NCBI RefSeq assembly: GCF_004010195.1
Contig: NC_057718.1
Location: 4,227,775-4,291,774, forward strand
DNA from: Chiloscyllium plagiosum
Lineage: Eukaryota
Direction: 5' to 3'
Length of the DNA: 64,000 bases
The translations under genes and the position numbers were made by a program. Position 1 is the stretch's first letter, and each line of letters begins with the position of its first letter. Of this stretch, positions 1 to 14,166 are shown one piece after another. Below the pieces are notes generated by a model. That model saw nothing but the letters and a program-made list of their open reading frames with translations, had not been told where the DNA came from and did not search any database.

Positions 1-1676
1 GCTCCCAGGCTTGCCCGGTTTTCCAACATCTGGTTTTCTCCTAGCCCATCAAAACTGTAAATTCCTGAGGCCCACTTTATTACAATGAAAACACTGGAGC
101 TTTTTAAACTTTTTTGTCCCCGTGAAGGGTTTCTTTTTTACCCTGTGGTAAGTTATCCTTATGATCTTCACTGAGATCTAACTTTCCCTTTCCACATGAG
201 GATTTCTCTTTGCCCCAATTTCTATCCCTCATAGACTGAAATTGATTCTGGAAGCCAAACCGTGTTTTATGGACCAGCTCATAATCATCAGCCACTTCAG
301 CTGCTAACCTTGCTGTTTTAACTCTCTGCTCTTCCACGAGTTTGCACGACTTCCTCACTGAGCCTACCCTCAGCTTTTATCTCATCTTTTAAGCTGACTT
401 TCCTCTTTAAGTGTCAGTTTTGAAGTTCAAAGTCCTTCTCTTTTTCTTTCTCTTCTGTTGCTCTCTCTTCTTCCCTCTCATCTGCTTTTAATCGTAACTC
501 AAACTGTTTCATTTCTGCTGTCCTATCCTTACATTTTTCCTCTAAATCAAGCTGATTTATTTGCAATTGAACTCTGACCATCTCTATAGATTCTGATGGT
601 TTCTCCTGCAAGATTAAATGCTGAGCTACTGCTGTAATTATCTCTCCTTTCCTCACAGAAGCAGGCAGGTCCAATCGCAATTGGTCAGCTAATTCCTGGA
701 GATTGGTCTTATTCACCTTTTGCAAAACTTTTCAAAATCACCGCATCTACTTCCAGAAAACTTTTGGCAACTCAAAGAGCCATTACTATCCCAAACTTTG
801 TCTACCCAACCAAACCAACACCCGAAATAAAGACATTAACACCTACTACTCACTGTTTAAAATCCCGCAAGAGCCCCTAGTCTGTTATGGACTAGGTCAG
901 ATCATTCAAAACATTCTTAAGCAGACAACCCAGATCATAACTCTGCAATTTGTTTCGGTAAGTGTACAGTAAAAATTACCCGGAGCAAGTTAGCTGGGTT
1001 CACTACCACGTTTTGAAGCAGACAGAAATATATTCATAACATTACACAATGAAACAAAAAGAACAGAATAGAGAATGCCTACACAACTCAGTATATCCAA
1101 ACTAGACTTAATTATGGTATTCCAAATAAACATAACAGTCCCAATATTCTGGATTAGTGGTGCTGGAAGAGCACCGCAGTTCAGGCAGCACGACTGCTCC
1201 TCGGATGCTGCCTGAACTGCTGTGCTCTTCCAGCACCACTAATCCAGAATCTGGTTTCCAGCATCTGCAGTCATTGTTTTTATCTATAACAGTCCCAATA
1301 AGCAAACTCCCTTTAAAAAAGTTAAAATGGAAAAAATGCTTACAGGTTGAAGTTAGAAGGGCAGAAGGAGAGAGAATTTTGCAGCCTGATTTCACACAAC
1401 TGAACTCCAAATTAGTTCCGAACGGAACTGCCCAGCTAGAGAGCTAACCACCCCCCTTTCAATAGACAGATCACTTCTAAAACATGACCACTTTGGCCTG
1501 AAGTCTCATCTATTTACATACAAACAAAAAAGGCTTCTCAATACACTTTATTCTCTGTACCAAACCAGTCTAATCAGAGGCAGGAGAGTTTTATGACCCC
1601 TCTGAAAGAAAACCAAGGACACAGTATCCTTGAGAAAAGGAACAGCTTTTAGCAAAACCAGACCAGCTTTATGACA
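1..1676 (-). mobile_element. Gypsy (probably Gmr1-like) LTR retrotransposon, 5' part: LTR 883-1676 plus degenerate gag; runs off the window start
   Basis: TG...CA-bounded segment 883-1676. It is followed on the - strand by a tRNA-Pro-like PBS (TAGGGGCTCTTGCGGGAT). ORFs 414-725 and 104-358 resemble the gag of the elements at 11-17 kb and 22-30 kb, and a CFHCNKVG knuckle start lies at ~70-95. Confidence 0.75.
1147..1285. mobile_element. Short hairpin-type Penelope-derived (pLTR) insertion with 15-bp TSD
   Basis: Inverted arms (gtggtgctggaagagcac...gtgctcttccagcaccac), flanked by the direct repeat ATAACAGTCCCAATA at 1132-1146 and 1286-1300. Confidence 0.7.
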
Positions 1677-1754
1677 CATCCACTGGGATTGAGTTATTTG
1701 CTGATGAATTATTTTCACTGTGAGTTATTGTAAATGGTTTGGCCACAGTTAAAT

Positions 1755-3190
1755 GATATCAAGATACAGTTTGAGGCACTGGATGCTGCAAAGGCTATGG
1801 TCGCTGACACCAAAGTGTCCAACTTGTGAACCCTTGCACACCAGAACTTGCTGCACCCATAGCCAAGCTGTTCCAGTACAGTTACAACCCTGGCATCGAC
1901 ATTGATCCCATGTCGATTTCAACAACTCCTCAACTCACCTTCCCCTACCTTATCACAGATACAACCCTCCAACTCAGCATGACCCTCTTGAAATGCCCTA
2001 CCTGTCTATCTTCCTTCTCATCAATCTGCTCCACCCTCCGTTCCAACCTATCACCATCACCCAACCACCCTCATCAACCTTTCGCAATCCCAGCTCCCTT
2101 CGCCCGAGCTCCATTACCTTGCCATTTATCTCTCAGCCCCTTTGGTTCCCACCAACCTCCCGCCCCCCATTCCTGATGTCGGGGTTATGCTCGAAACACT
2201 GACTCGCCTGCTCTTCGGATGCTGCCTGACCGGCTGTGCTTTTCCCGCACACTTTTTGAATCTGATCTCCAGCATCTGCAGTCCTCACTTTCTCCCAAAG
2301 CTTGTCCACTACCTACAAGGTACACAACAGGAAAGTGATAGAATGCTCCCCACTTGCCTGGATGGGTACAACAATACTCAAGATGTTTGATGCCATCCAG
2401 GAGAAAGCAGCCCACGTACAGTCATAGGGTTATACAGCATGGAAACACATACGCAGTCCAACCAGTCCACGCCAACAATAATTCCAATCTAAACTAGTCC
2501 CACCCCTCTGCACTTCACCCAGGTCCCTCATAACATTTCTTATTCATGTACTTAGCCAAATGTCTTTTAAACATTGCAACTGTACCTGCATCTATCACTT
2601 CCACTGGAAGTTCATTCCACACATGAAGCACTTTCTGTGTAAAAAACAAGTTGGTCCTCATGTTGTTTTTAAATATTTCACTCCACACCTTAACGATATG
2701 CCCGAAATCCCCCACTCTACAGAAAAGAGACCGCTCATTCACCTTACCTATAACTCTCATTGTTTATAAACCTCTACAAGGTCACCCATCGATCTCTCTC
2801 GATTATCACCACATCCAGAAGCATCCACTCCCTCAGCCACCGACACTCAGTAGCCGCAGTGTGTATTATCTGCAAGATGCACTGCAGAACATCAACAAAG
2901 GTCCTCAGACATCACCTTCAAACCTCACGGCCACTTCCACCTAGAAGGTCAAGCACAGCAGTCACATGGGAACACCAATCACCATCCTGACTTGGAACTC
3001 AATTGCGTTCTTTCAGTGTGACTGAGTCAAAATCCTGGAATTCCCTCCCTAAGGGTATTGTGGGTCCACCTTCACCATATGGACTGCAGTGGTTCAAGAA
3101 GGCAGCTCACCCCTAATTTCTCAATGGGGCAAGGGACAAACAATAAATGCTGGCTCAGCCAGTGACACCCCTGTCCCAGAAAAGAATGAA
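1755..3190 (+). mobile_element. Composite of decayed LINE (CR1/L2-like RT and 3' tail), Penelope 3' end/pLTR (~1880-2292) and CR1 3' end on - strand (~2420-2790)
   Basis: ORF 1826 starts PELAAPIAKLFQYSYN, the same RT segment as ORF 42993. ORF 2515-2760(-) has the CR1 C-terminal FFTQKVLHVWNELP. A pLTR motif lies at 2170-2290. Confidence 0.65.
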
Positions 3191-3935
3191 CAGATTTCAG
3201 GAGATTTATTTGAATATCAAATCCAACAACAGATGAAATGGAAGATTCTGGGAAGTTTAAAGGGGAATTATCTGCAACTATTTTCAGGTTGAGCTGTGGC
3301 CAACATTTCTTGTTCAGTGAAGATTTTATTGATTAATTATTGCAATGTAGATTCGATGTTATCAAAGGGAATCAGCTATCTCCAAATACCCTGCTCCCTA
3401 TTGCTTTAAATGATTGTAATGCTGAATTCATTATTTAAAAAAAGATTTTGAAGCAATTATTAGAAAGTTGTGGCCTCATACTTCACTCTTCAGCCACCCA
3501 ACAATGAAATCAGAATGTGTGTGGCAACACTTCCACCAATCAGAATCCACATTCAACCCAATTAGCAGTCTCCTCTCATACATGTTAATTTCCCCTTGGG
3601 CTGCTATTTCTGTGAAGGATCCTGATTGGAGAAAGGCAGAAACCTGTGACAAATCTCAATCTTCATGGTTCCTGTAGGAGACAAGGTTACCTTGCGGGAT
3701 AGTTCCTATCAGAGACACAGTTCATGTCAGGGATATGAATGGACACAACGTGGACACCACTTTGCTGCTAGTACTGTGCCTGTAATGCTGAAATTATTCA
3801 CTGTGGAGCTCAACCTCACACCTCAGCAGCTCACTTGCATCCGGAGAGATGGAGAGAAACAGGAAGCATAGCCTCAGTGTTGATCTGAAATGTGTCAGTA
3901 TATTTCCAGCAAATTTCTTCATTTTTGTCCAGCCC

Positions 3936-3943
3936 ACTTCCTC
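3936..3943 (-). promoter_or_regulatory. Candidate ETS/PU.1-type site ~115 bp upstream of the leader ATG
   Basis: GAGGAAGT on the - strand, also present in the paralogous promoter at 46068-46075. Motif match only. Confidence 0.3.
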
Positions 3944-4057
3944 CTTCCTCTATCTGTGCTATACTTTAAGCAAAGACCTCACGCCACTCCAAGTTACAGA
4001 GATACTGCAACGCAAGTCTGAGAAAGGACAGCAATTGAAAAAACACTTTTATTAGGA

Positions 4058-4109
4058 ATGTTTTTCCTGAAATTCTTCATCTTATCCCTAATGCTCTCTG
4101 TCGCTGTGG
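4058..4109 (+). CDS. Exon 1 (signal peptide) of VJ-VJ-TM-ITAM receptor: MFFLKFFILSLMLSVAV-G
   Basis: ATG plus 16 mostly hydrophobic codons, then G|gtaagt, a perfect phase-1 donor at 4110. The phase matches the V exons, and a paralogous copy lies at 46199. Confidence 0.78.
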
Positions 4110-4264
4110 GTAAGTAAATGCTTGGAATTGTTTCCATTGAGTTCTTGTTTGAGTTTCATTTTTGGATTGTGTGCTGGTATTGAAGTCGGTATTTTGTAAT
4201 TCATAATTTCCTACTTAAGGTGAAATTGGGTTTTCTCACAGTGCAATGGCAACATACAGTGTGA

Positions 4265-4503
4265 GATTAGATTAGATTAGATTACAGTGTGGAAACAGGC
4301 CCTTCGGCCCAACAAGTCCACACCGACCCGCCAAAGCGAAACCCACCCATACCCCTACATTTACCCGCACCCGGAGGAAACCCACGCAGACACGGGGAGA
4401 ACGTGCAAACTCCACACAGTCAGTCGCCTGAGTCGGGAATTGAACCCGGGTCTCTGGCGCTGCGAGGCAGCAGTGCTAACCACTGTGCCACCGTGCCGCC
4501 CAC
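4265..4503 (-). mobile_element. HE1/V-SINE-like tRNA-derived SINE, internally deleted
   Basis: - strand head GGCACGGTGGCACAGTGGTTAGCAC...GGTTCAATTCC (A/B boxes) and a (TAATC)n tail. About 100 bp shorter than the other three copies. Confidence 0.85.
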
Positions 4504-4889
4504 TACCGGACTGATGTGACACTGAATAATGCTGTCCAGTTGTCCCACTACCGGACTCCCATGTCTGTCAACTCTGCACAAAGATTCTGACTGAAGCACT
4601 GAACCTCTAAAAATAACCACATTATGGTCAAGTAAATGAACCTTCAATATCTATCCATCAAATAGACTCCTCAATACACAATGTGACTCTGCGATACTCT
4701 TGTGAGTCTCCTTCTTTCACTTATACAGGGGGCGGGGGGGGGGGGGGGGCAATGCCTTGAAGCAATTGTTAGAAACTGGGGAATTGTCTTAATAACCCAA
4801 AAGAGATGATTCAGAAGGCACTAGGACGTTTACCCAGCCCTTCTGAGTGACTCTGAGTCGTCAAACAAACAAGATGTAAACCTGAATTG

Positions 4890-6600
4890 CTCTGACCAAG
4901 TCCCTCAAATGCCAACATATCTTTCCTAAAGTACATTGTTGAAACTGTTTGCAATATTCCAAATGCAGTCTGACCAGTGCCTTGTGTACCCTCAACACTA
5001 CACCCCTGCTCTTGTATTCCATCCCTCTTGAAATGAACGCCAACACTGCATTTGCCTTCCTAACCATAAACTGAACCTGAATGTTAACCTTGAGAGAATC
5101 CTGAACTAGGATTATAAAATCCCTTTCAGCTTTAGATTTCTGAAGCCGTTCCCTTCTTAAAAGGTGGTCTACGCATCTATTCTACCTACCAAAGTGCATA
5201 ACCTCACTCTTTCCAACACTGTATTCGATCCACCACGTCTTCGCTCACCCTTTTAGCCTGTCCACATCAATCTGCAGCCTCCTCACTTCTTCAACACTAC
5301 CTGTCCCACCATATAGCTTTGTGTCATCTGCAACCTTAGCAGCAGTGCCCTCAGTTGCAATGACCATATCAATAATGTATAACATGAACATCTCTAGACC
5401 CCAGACTGACACTAATGGGACTCCATTAGTCACTGGTTAACATCCTTTACCTTTACTCTCTGCCTTCTGCCAGCCAGTCAATCCCAATCCATGCCAGTAC
5501 CTTGCTCCTAACACTATGGGCTATGACATTATTTGGCAGCCTCTGGTGTTGCACCTTCTCAAAGACCTTGTTGAAATTAAAGCAGATCATGTGGAGGTAT
5601 GTGATTTCCAGTCAACTATGGTGGGAGAGGGATAGGTCTCATTGGTAGGTCTGTGCATTCTACAGTAGGCTCATTGGGTTAGACTGAGGCACTGGATACT
5701 GGATATTTGAGATAGGAGGAGTGAAATGTAGATGAATTGAATTTTAGGGCTGTGGTAGCAAATGGTTTCAGGGGGTGGGGAGTTATTGAACGTTCCAGAA
5801 ACAGGAGCTTGGACAATGGGTGGAGGGAGCTATGTGGATCAGGGCCAGGATGATATGGGGATGGGAACGAATGTAGACTCAAGGGGAAAGAGCAGAATCA
5901 GAGAATTGTTACAGCACAGAAGGAGGCCATCCTGCCCATTGTGTCTGTACCAGCTCTTCAAACGATCATCGTTACCTCGTGCCAATCTCCTTTGTTTTCC
6001 CTGTATCCCTGCAGACCGTTTCAGTCCAAATCAGCAACAAATCTCCTCTTGAAAGGCTCAGGTGAACCTGCCTCCACCACAGTTCCAGGCCGGATCACAT
6101 TTCCTTCGTTTGCAGATCACTTTAAATCTATGCCCCTCTTGTTCTTGTTCCTTTTACAGGCAAAAACATCTTCTCTCTATCTACTCTGTCCAGCCTGCTC
6201 ATGATTTTGAAAATCTCAATCAGATTTCCTCTCAGCTGCCTTCTCTCCACAGAGAAAGTTCCTAACATCTTCAATCTTTCCTCATCCCTGAAGTTCCTCA
6301 TTCCTCGAATCATTCTTGTCAATCACTTCCTGCACACTCCGAGGACACTGCCTGCTTTATTAACCTCACTCTCCGTCCGTCTGTACAAGGGCAGGGAGCT
6401 GCTGTGGAACTTATACAAGACCCTTGTTCATTCCCAGCTGAAGTATTGTGTGCAGTTAGGATATGACTGCTTTGGAGAATGAGTGTAAAGGTGATTTATG
6501 AAAATGGTTCGAAGGATGAGGAAATTCAGCGACAAGGACAGATTGAAGATGTTGGGGCTATTCTCTCTGGAGAGAAGGTAGATGAGAGGAAATCTGATAA
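4890..6600. mobile_element. Cluster of decayed CR1 LINE fragments (4890-5590 -, 5880-6340 -, 6380-6600 +)
   Basis: ORFs with CR1 RT/C-terminal motifs: KVADDTKL, KALVRLHLEYC, ERRQLRGNLIEIFKIM. Confidence 0.75.
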
Positions 6601-7029
6601 AAACCAAAGTTACTGTGGATGCTGGAAATCAGAAACAGAATTTGCTGGAAAAGCTCCACAGATCTGGCAGCATCTGTAGAGATGAGTTAAAGCTGATGTT
6701 TCAGCTCCAGTGACCTTTCCCCAGAAATTCTCATTTACAACTTTGAGCTCAATACTGAGTTCAACTCCTACAGATTGTGAACCCATTCCCTCCCTTTCCT
6801 TTGCTTGTCACATTCTCAGTCAGCATCCTCTCCCCCCTACTCCATCTCCATGGAGTTATGTTCTTCCTAAGTGTCCCCTTCCAGAAGAAAGTGTATCTGT
6901 CACTGTGTTCCTGGAGCTGACCTTCTCCTGCCCAGTGTCTCTCTCAGGGCAGGGAGCTCTGTGTCAGAGTGTGCACACTGTTGTGTTTGCGCGTCGGTAA
7001 TGGTATGGACATTTGTGAATATGATACCA

Positions 7030-8075
7030 ATCAAAGGGTTGCTTCAGCCTGGATGGTGTCAAGCTTCTTGGGAGTTGTTGTCACTGCACCCATCCAGGCA
7101 AGTCATCCACCACACTCCTGATTGTGGGTTGCAGGTGGTGGACAATCTTTGAGGAGTCAGATCAGTTACTTACTGCAGGATACCTAGGCTCTGACCTGCT
7201 CTCGTAGCCCCTGTGTTTATATGATGAGTGCAGATACATTTCTGTGTCATTGATAACTCCTCGATATTGATAGTGCGGGATTGTGTCATGGTGATACCTT
7301 TGAATGTTAAGGAACAACAATGAGATTGCCTCTTATTCGAGATGGGGCTCACTGCCTGTCAGTTTTACTTATCACACGTCAGCCCAAACCTGGATATTGT
7401 CCAAACCTTGCTGCATTTCAACATGGACTGCTTCAGTGTCAGAGGAGTCGCAAATGGTGCTGAACATTGTACAATCATTGGTGAACATTCCCATTTCTGA
7501 CCTATTGATGGAGGAAAGGTCATTGATGTTTGCACCTTAGGGCTAGCGGGAGCTGCAGTGATCCTGGCTGAGCTCACCCTGCTCTTCGTTTGGAGATTCA
7601 GCCCATCCACGACAGGAAACCATTTACTATTCCCCATCCTCAACTCCACCCTGGCCCCGAAGTGGATCCTCCCAATTGTTGCAGCCCTCAAGCCCTCATT
7701 CCTGTGTCTCTCAGACGGTGTAGTACAGATGTAATGAGAGTTGATTCAGGAGTTTAAGGTCAAAGAATCCCAAGGAACCGGTGACCGTGAGATGATCGAA
7801 TTCACATGGCAGTTTGAAAAGGAGATAATTGAATCACATGTAACAGGTTTACAATTGAGCAAAGATTAAGACAAAGACATGAGGGAGGAGCTGGCCAGAG
7901 TTGATTGGAAGGGAGTCCAGCAGGGAAGACAGCGGAACTGCAATAGCAGGTGTTTCTGGGTGTAATTTGGGAGGCACAGCAGAAATTCATCCCAAGGAAG
8001 AAGGAACATACTAAGGGAAGGATGAGGCAACCATGGCTGACAAGAGAAGTCAGGGACACCATAAATGCAAAAAGT
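7030..8075. mobile_element. Decayed LINE fragments (7030-7530 -, CR1/L2-like RT end; 7720-8075 +, CR1 ORF2)
   Basis: 7030-7530 is reverse-complement similar to 43420-43820. 7720-8075 resembles the CR1 at 26700-27090. Confidence 0.6.
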
Positions 8076-9252
8076 CTAATCTCAACGGGTTGGAATTTCC
8101 ACTGAGTGGCAATCTCTCTCCAATTACCACTCCGTTTCACAAAGACTTTCCCCAAATCTCATAAATTAAGGTATTGGTGTCACTGAGCTGCGGCTTTCTG
8201 ATTGTCAGATGGAGCTGTTACTGGTCACATATCTGGAATCAGGACTCCTTCAGAAATGTAGAGCCGTATTTCTATTCTGACAGTTTTTGTGGAGCACAGA
8301 ATATCACAGGAAGGCAAACAGCTGTCAACTGCCACCTTCTGCAATTAAAAGGAAACCTTCAATGCAATGTGAGGTCGAAATTTAAAGAATCACAGGCAGT
8401 CACTTTAGCAGTTGTTGTTAAAATTTAAGGATGTCAGGTAAGTGTGAGGGTTCAGTGTTGGGAGGGTAGGGAGGCAGACTGGTATAGGGATGGAGTAAAT
8501 AGGATGCCAGGGATGAGTGCCAGCTCAGCAGGATACCAACTAGGACAGGGTTAGGGTGACAGGTGCAAGTGTGCCAGGTGGGAAAGGGTTCCAATGTGGA
8601 GTGCAGGAAGAGGAGAGCAAGAGTTGAGACTGTAGTGCTAGAAAAGCAAAAGGTCAGGCAACATCCGAGGAGCAGGAGAATCAATGTTTCAGGCAAAATC
8701 TGATCTCCAGTATCTGCAGTTCTCACTTTCTCCTCAAAGAGGGGAGCAAGTCAAGGAGTGGGGAGGGGATTTTTATTTAAATCATGGGATGAGAGCATTG
8801 GGCTGGCTTGGCCAGCACTAAATACCCAGTCAAATGAGGGCAGAGGGCAGTTTAGAGTCAACCACATTGATGTGGGCCTGGAGTCACATGTATGCCAGGC
8901 CTGGTAAGGGTGGCTGTTTCTTTCCCTTAAGGATATTAACAAATCAGAATTTGCTTTACTCTGGATTTTAGATCTTTTAAACTGTTTTCTACATTTCGAT
9001 AAAAAATTGAATTGATTTATTGTCATTTTTCTTTTATATTGTGAAATAAATTCCTATTTGTTGTTGAAAAGACAATCAACAGGCTTGTGTGTCTTGATTC
9101 AGAGAATTACCAACAATTCAGCTAAAAGAAACACAATCTATTGGGCCCGATTTCATTTTGAGTTCTGTCTTATCCAGAGTTGTCACCTGCTGGGATCATA
9201 ACGGCATGGTGATGTAAGAATTCCCTGAACTTCTTCATTCCCTGAACTTCTT

Positions 9253-9530
9253 TATGACTGAGATGAGGAGAAACTTCTTCACCCAGAGAGTGGTGGCTGT
9301 GTGAAATGCTCTGCCCCAGAGGGCAGTGGACGCCCAGTCTCTGGATTCATTTAAGAAAGAATTGGATAGAGCTCTCAAGGATTGTGGAATCAAGGGTTAT
9401 GGAGATAAGGCAGGAACAGGATACTGATTAAGGATGATCAGCCATGATCATATTGAATGGTGGTGCAGGCTCAAAGGGCAGAATGGCCTACTCCTAAACC
9501 TATTGTCTATTGATAATTCTATTGTCTATT
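9253..9530 (+). mobile_element. CR1 LINE 3' end
   Basis: Near-identical to 28590-28856, with a (TATTGTC)n tail. Confidence 0.8.
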
Positions 9531-10533
9531 ATCTTTCCGTGTTACAAATAACTTCATGGATCTGTTTTCATGCTGGCAGAGCTATTTTGCATCGTCCTCA
9601 ATGGCTCTCTGTCCTTTTTAATAACATGATGATTGCAACTGCCACAGAACTCCAACTGGACGGGAACAAAGGGCTGATACAAGTTGAGCCTAAATACACA
9701 ATGAGTCCTTGCATCTGAATCAGACACCCTTGGATCAAGTCCCACTCCAGGACCAATGGCCAAGGAAGATAAATTCATAATGAGGCCAAATGTGTTGATG
9801 ATCATTAAGCTGTAAATCCCTCTGATACCCCTATGGCAGGCAGGAAGAGTGGGAAATGTTAACTCGCTTTCTCTAAAAACAGATGCTGCCAGACCTGTGG
9901 AGTTTCTCCAGCACCTTGTGCTTTCATTTCACATCTTTCGTCAGATTCAAGCTGCTATAAGAGGATCTCAGTATCACTGGATTCCAACGTTTCTCTCACC
10001 AGATCACCTCCTTTCCAGTTTATTTTCTCTAAAATAAAGTGCCATGCCAGTTCCTCAAATGCCTGCACCTTCTCAGCTCTGTCAGGTAAAGGTGCCTTTG
10101 GTTCATTCACCAATTCAATCAATGTGGGTTTGGAAAGTTCCTTGAAGACTATCATTGAAAACACTGTAATGTGTAGGAAATCTTTTGCCAGTTCCAGAGC
10201 CAAGACTTCAATGCAGAAGCAAACCTTACGCCTTCCTTCACTTGCTTTGTTCACTAATAACACACCCAAATCCTCATTGCTTCTCTTTTAAATCATTCCT
10301 GGCCAAGCCCCCTAACCTTATTCCTCTTCCCTGGTATTGCTCTAGAAATCATGACACACTAATCCAGGAGGCATCACAAATGGTCACGATTTTAAGAAGC
10401 ACGCAAATCCCACTTTTACCTCTTTTTTGGAACCAAATTCACAGAGAGCACTCGGCAGGTGCCAGAACATCACGAGAATCACTACTCATTGCAGATGAAT
10501 GGATGGCAGCTACCCATAAACACTTACAAACAT

Positions 10534-10847
10534 TAGATTAGATTACTTTACAGTGTGGAAACAGGCCCTTCGGCCCAACAAGTCCACACCGACCCGCCGA
10601 AGCGCAACCCACCCATATCCCTACATTTGCCCCTTATCTAACACTACGGGCAATTTAGCATGGCCAATTCACCTGACCTGCACATTTTTGGATTGTGGGA
10701 GGAAACCGGAGCACCCGGAGGAAACCCACGCAGACACGGGGAGAACGTGCAAACTCCACACAGTCAGTCGCCTGAGGCGGGAATTGAACCCAGGTCTCTG
10801 GCGCTGCGAGGCCGCAGTGCTAACCACTGTGCCACCGTACTGCCCAC
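10534..10847 (-). mobile_element. HE1/V-SINE-like SINE, full length
   Basis: tRNA-like head, V-domain-like core and TAATC tail. The site is empty in duplication unit 2 (~22165). Confidence 0.9.
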
Positions 10848-13499
10848 CTTCAACATATCGCTCTACTGTTTAATATTCTAACTCTGTTTTAAACACCTCT
10901 TGCATACATCGCTAGATAGGCAAAGACAGAATAAACATGGATGTGATGGATGGAGGGGAAGACTGGGAAAGCAGTTGGCTGGTCCCATTTCCAAGAGTTC
11001 TCTGAGATAGTCCTTGTGACTGGGGGGGGGGGACATGCTGTTCCTTGATGTTCGCTCTCTAATGACTTTCACTGGTTTCAAGCAGATTCAGGGAGTCTGC
11101 CTTACACTCTGGATCCACTCACTGTTGGATCAGTGTGATGGATGTCCCCTTGAGAGTCATCGTGAAGACTCAATGATTTCTCCTCAATTCACGGAAGTAC
11201 ATGGGTCATTATTCTAAGTTCATAAAAATTTCTGCACACATACATGCTGCAATCTGTCCAATTTGACCTATACTTTTTCCTTTAAATCTGCGATAACGCA
11301 TCTGCTATCACATTGTTATGATCTACAACATTTACAATATGTAAATTAAAAGTCTGTAATATAAGACTCCAATGAAACAGTCTCACAGTTTTGACTTTAA
11401 ATCATTCCAAGAATGTTAGAGGATTGTGATCCATGTACACATCTGGCTCCGACACATTGTTCATCACATAAACATTAAAATGTTGTAAGGCCAGTACCAA
11501 ACTCAATAATCCTCTTTCAGTGGTACATTATTTTCTCTGTGAATGTCAAATTTCTTTGAAAAGTATCTAACTGGCCATTCAATTCCATCATCGACTTCCT
11601 GTAGCAGTACAGCTCCAACTCTTATATCGCTAGCATCAAATGCAACTTTGAAGGGTTTTAAAAAATTTGGTGTAGCTAAAACTGGTGCCGTGGTTAATAC
11701 TACTTTTAAATTGTCAAATGCCTCCTGGCATTGTTCCCGCCACCAAAAATTTGTGTTCATTAGTAAATCTGTTAGCGGTGCCACCATGCTGCTGTAGATT
11801 GGAACACACATCCGGTAAAATCCGCTTTGCCCCAAAAATCGAAGCACCTTTTTCTTTGAGGATGGTTGTGGAAATTCCTCAATGGCTTTCATCTTCATAT
11901 TCCTTGGGGTCAGCCTTCCATGACCCATGTTATGTCCCAAGAATGTCACCTCTGCCTTCGCGAATTCTGTTTTCTTTAAGTTTATTACCTGTTTTGCTTC
12001 TCGTAATCGTTCAAAAAGCTCTGCTTGTTGTACTACGCGATCTTTCCATGACTCACTAACGATCGCTACATCATCCAGCTAAACAGCACAGTTTACTTTC
12101 ATCCAGCCACAACTCTGTTCATGAGACTTTGGAATGTGGCTGGTGTGTTCTTCATTCCAAAAGGCATCGCTTTGAATTGATATAGCCCATTTGAGGTGAC
12201 AAACATGGAAACTTCTTTTGCTCTTTCTAATAAAGGTACCTGCCAATTTCCATGCAGTAAGTCAAATGTTGTGATGTAACTGGCTTGTTCAATGTTCTCG
12301 TTACAGCCCTCCAATTGTGGTATTGGGTATGAGTCCAATTTTGTTACAGCATAGATTTTCTGATAGTCCACACAAAATCATTGAGTCCAGTCAGGTTTGC
12401 AAACTAAGACGAGCGGCTATCTTTAATCCCTCTGATTCGGGTTTGATGACATCTTTGTTCACTTGCTCCTAGACCTGTGTGGCTTTGAAAGGATTAAGTC
12501 TGAATTGGTGTTGTTTTATTGGAACAACATTCCCTTCTTTCACCTCATGCCCAACAATATTAGTCCTCCCCATTCCTGCATACGTCCTCATACTGCTGCA
12601 ACAAACTGGGCTCTTTGCTCCTGAGATAGACAGTTCACTAATCAATGCCACTCCTCAAAGACTTGCTCATTATTTAACATATTTTGAGACACATCAAACT
12701 CCATGACATCTGGATTTGATTCCTCTCTGTGTGGCAGTAACTAAAACCTGCTTCTCCAGTTTCCTGTCTATTACCCTAAAGTTTCAACGTCTTTTACGAC
12801 ATACCCAATATAGATTTTTCCTCTCCGGCATCTTTATCTACTGCTGGTACACAACTAACATATCATCTCCATGGGAAAATGTCTGAGTTTTCAAAATTTT
12901 ATTTGCCACCTGCTTCATTCTATGCTGCACCCTCTTCTGCTGCAGTTTAGTTCACTCTCTTACCTGATTTAATGTCTCCCTCACCTCAGATACATAATCC
13001 AAGTGTAAGATCTCCAATTTCGGTCCTGTAATGTTTTCTTTAAATAATTTCAAAGGACCTCGCACTTCATGTCCAAATATTAACTCAAAGGGAGCAAACT
13101 GAGTCAATTCATTTGGGGCATCTCTAATGGCAAACAATACGAATGGGATACCTTTATCCCAATCATTTGAGTAATCCTCAGGGTCTGATGCCATCTTTCC
13201 AAAGCTCCCTGGGATTCAGGATTGTACGCACGCGATTAAAAGTGCGACATGCCTAAGCTAAGCATGATTTCATTAAACAGCCAAGCATAAGATTTGACCC
13301 TTGGTCTGGCCTAATCTCTCTGGGTAGCCCACACCACATGAAAAAAGATACTAACTCCTCTACCACCTTTTTCGCATTTATATTCTGTAATGGAATTGCC
13401 TCCAGAAATCTGGTAGACACATCCATTATGGTTAGCAAGTACTGGTTCCAAATTTTAGTTTTCCAGAGGGGGCCTACACATTCAATCATAACCCGCATG

Positions 13500-13768
13500 A
13501 AAAGTTACAAGGGGGCATAGCTTTAAATTAAGGGGGGGTAGGTATAGGACAGATGTTAGGGGTAGGTTCTTTACTCAGCAAGTCGTGAGTTCATGGAATG
13601 CCCTGCCAGTAGCAGTGGTGGACTCTCCCTCATTATGGGCATTTAAGCGGGCATTGGATAGGCATATGGAGGATAGTGGGCTAGTGTAGGTTAGGTGGGC
13701 TTGGATCGGCGCAACATCGAGGGCCGAAGGGCCTGTACTGCGCTGTATTCTTCTATGTTCTATGTTCT
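13500..13768 (+). mobile_element. CR1 LINE 3' end inserted in the integrase of the LTR element
   Basis: FFTQQVVSSWNALP-like 3' end with a (TTCTATG)n tail. Confidence 0.8.
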
Positions 13769-14125
13769 TCAAATGCAGGAATTGGCAACAAAGGTGCTGG
13801 TTTTATTACTGCCTGTGAGTTGCCTACCATTTGGCATGTATGACATGTTCGGCAAAATTTAACCATATTCTTGTACATTCCAGGCCAATAGAAATGCTTT
13901 CATACCTTAGCCTGAGTCTTCCTCACACCTCAGTGACCTCCTTCTGGTAATTTGTGCGCTTTCCAAATCACTTCTTGTCTGTATGCTACCAGCAACACAA
14001 TCTGGTGAACTTCTACCCATCTCTCCTCTGTACCAACCTGCCACGATCTCCATTTTCATCTTTGGGTTTTATCTTTAAGATAATAACCCTCAGGAATACA
14101 TTCTGATTCCTTTTCTGAGTATGCA

Positions 14126-14128
<3 letters not shown>

Positions 14129-14162
<34 letters not shown>
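14129..14162. repeat. (TA)n microsatellite
   Basis: Read directly from the sequence. Absent at the equivalent site in unit 2. Confidence 0.95.

Positions 14163-14166
<4 letters not shown>

Larger units (their letters stand above)
1677..4610 (+). repeat. Upstream/leader block of receptor gene copy 1, paralogous to 42862-46515
   Basis: Colinear similarity from cactgggattgagttatttgctg (1681 vs ~42864) through the leader exon to ctgactgaagcactgaa (~4590 vs ~46500). Both copies share the same LINE remnants. Confidence 0.85.
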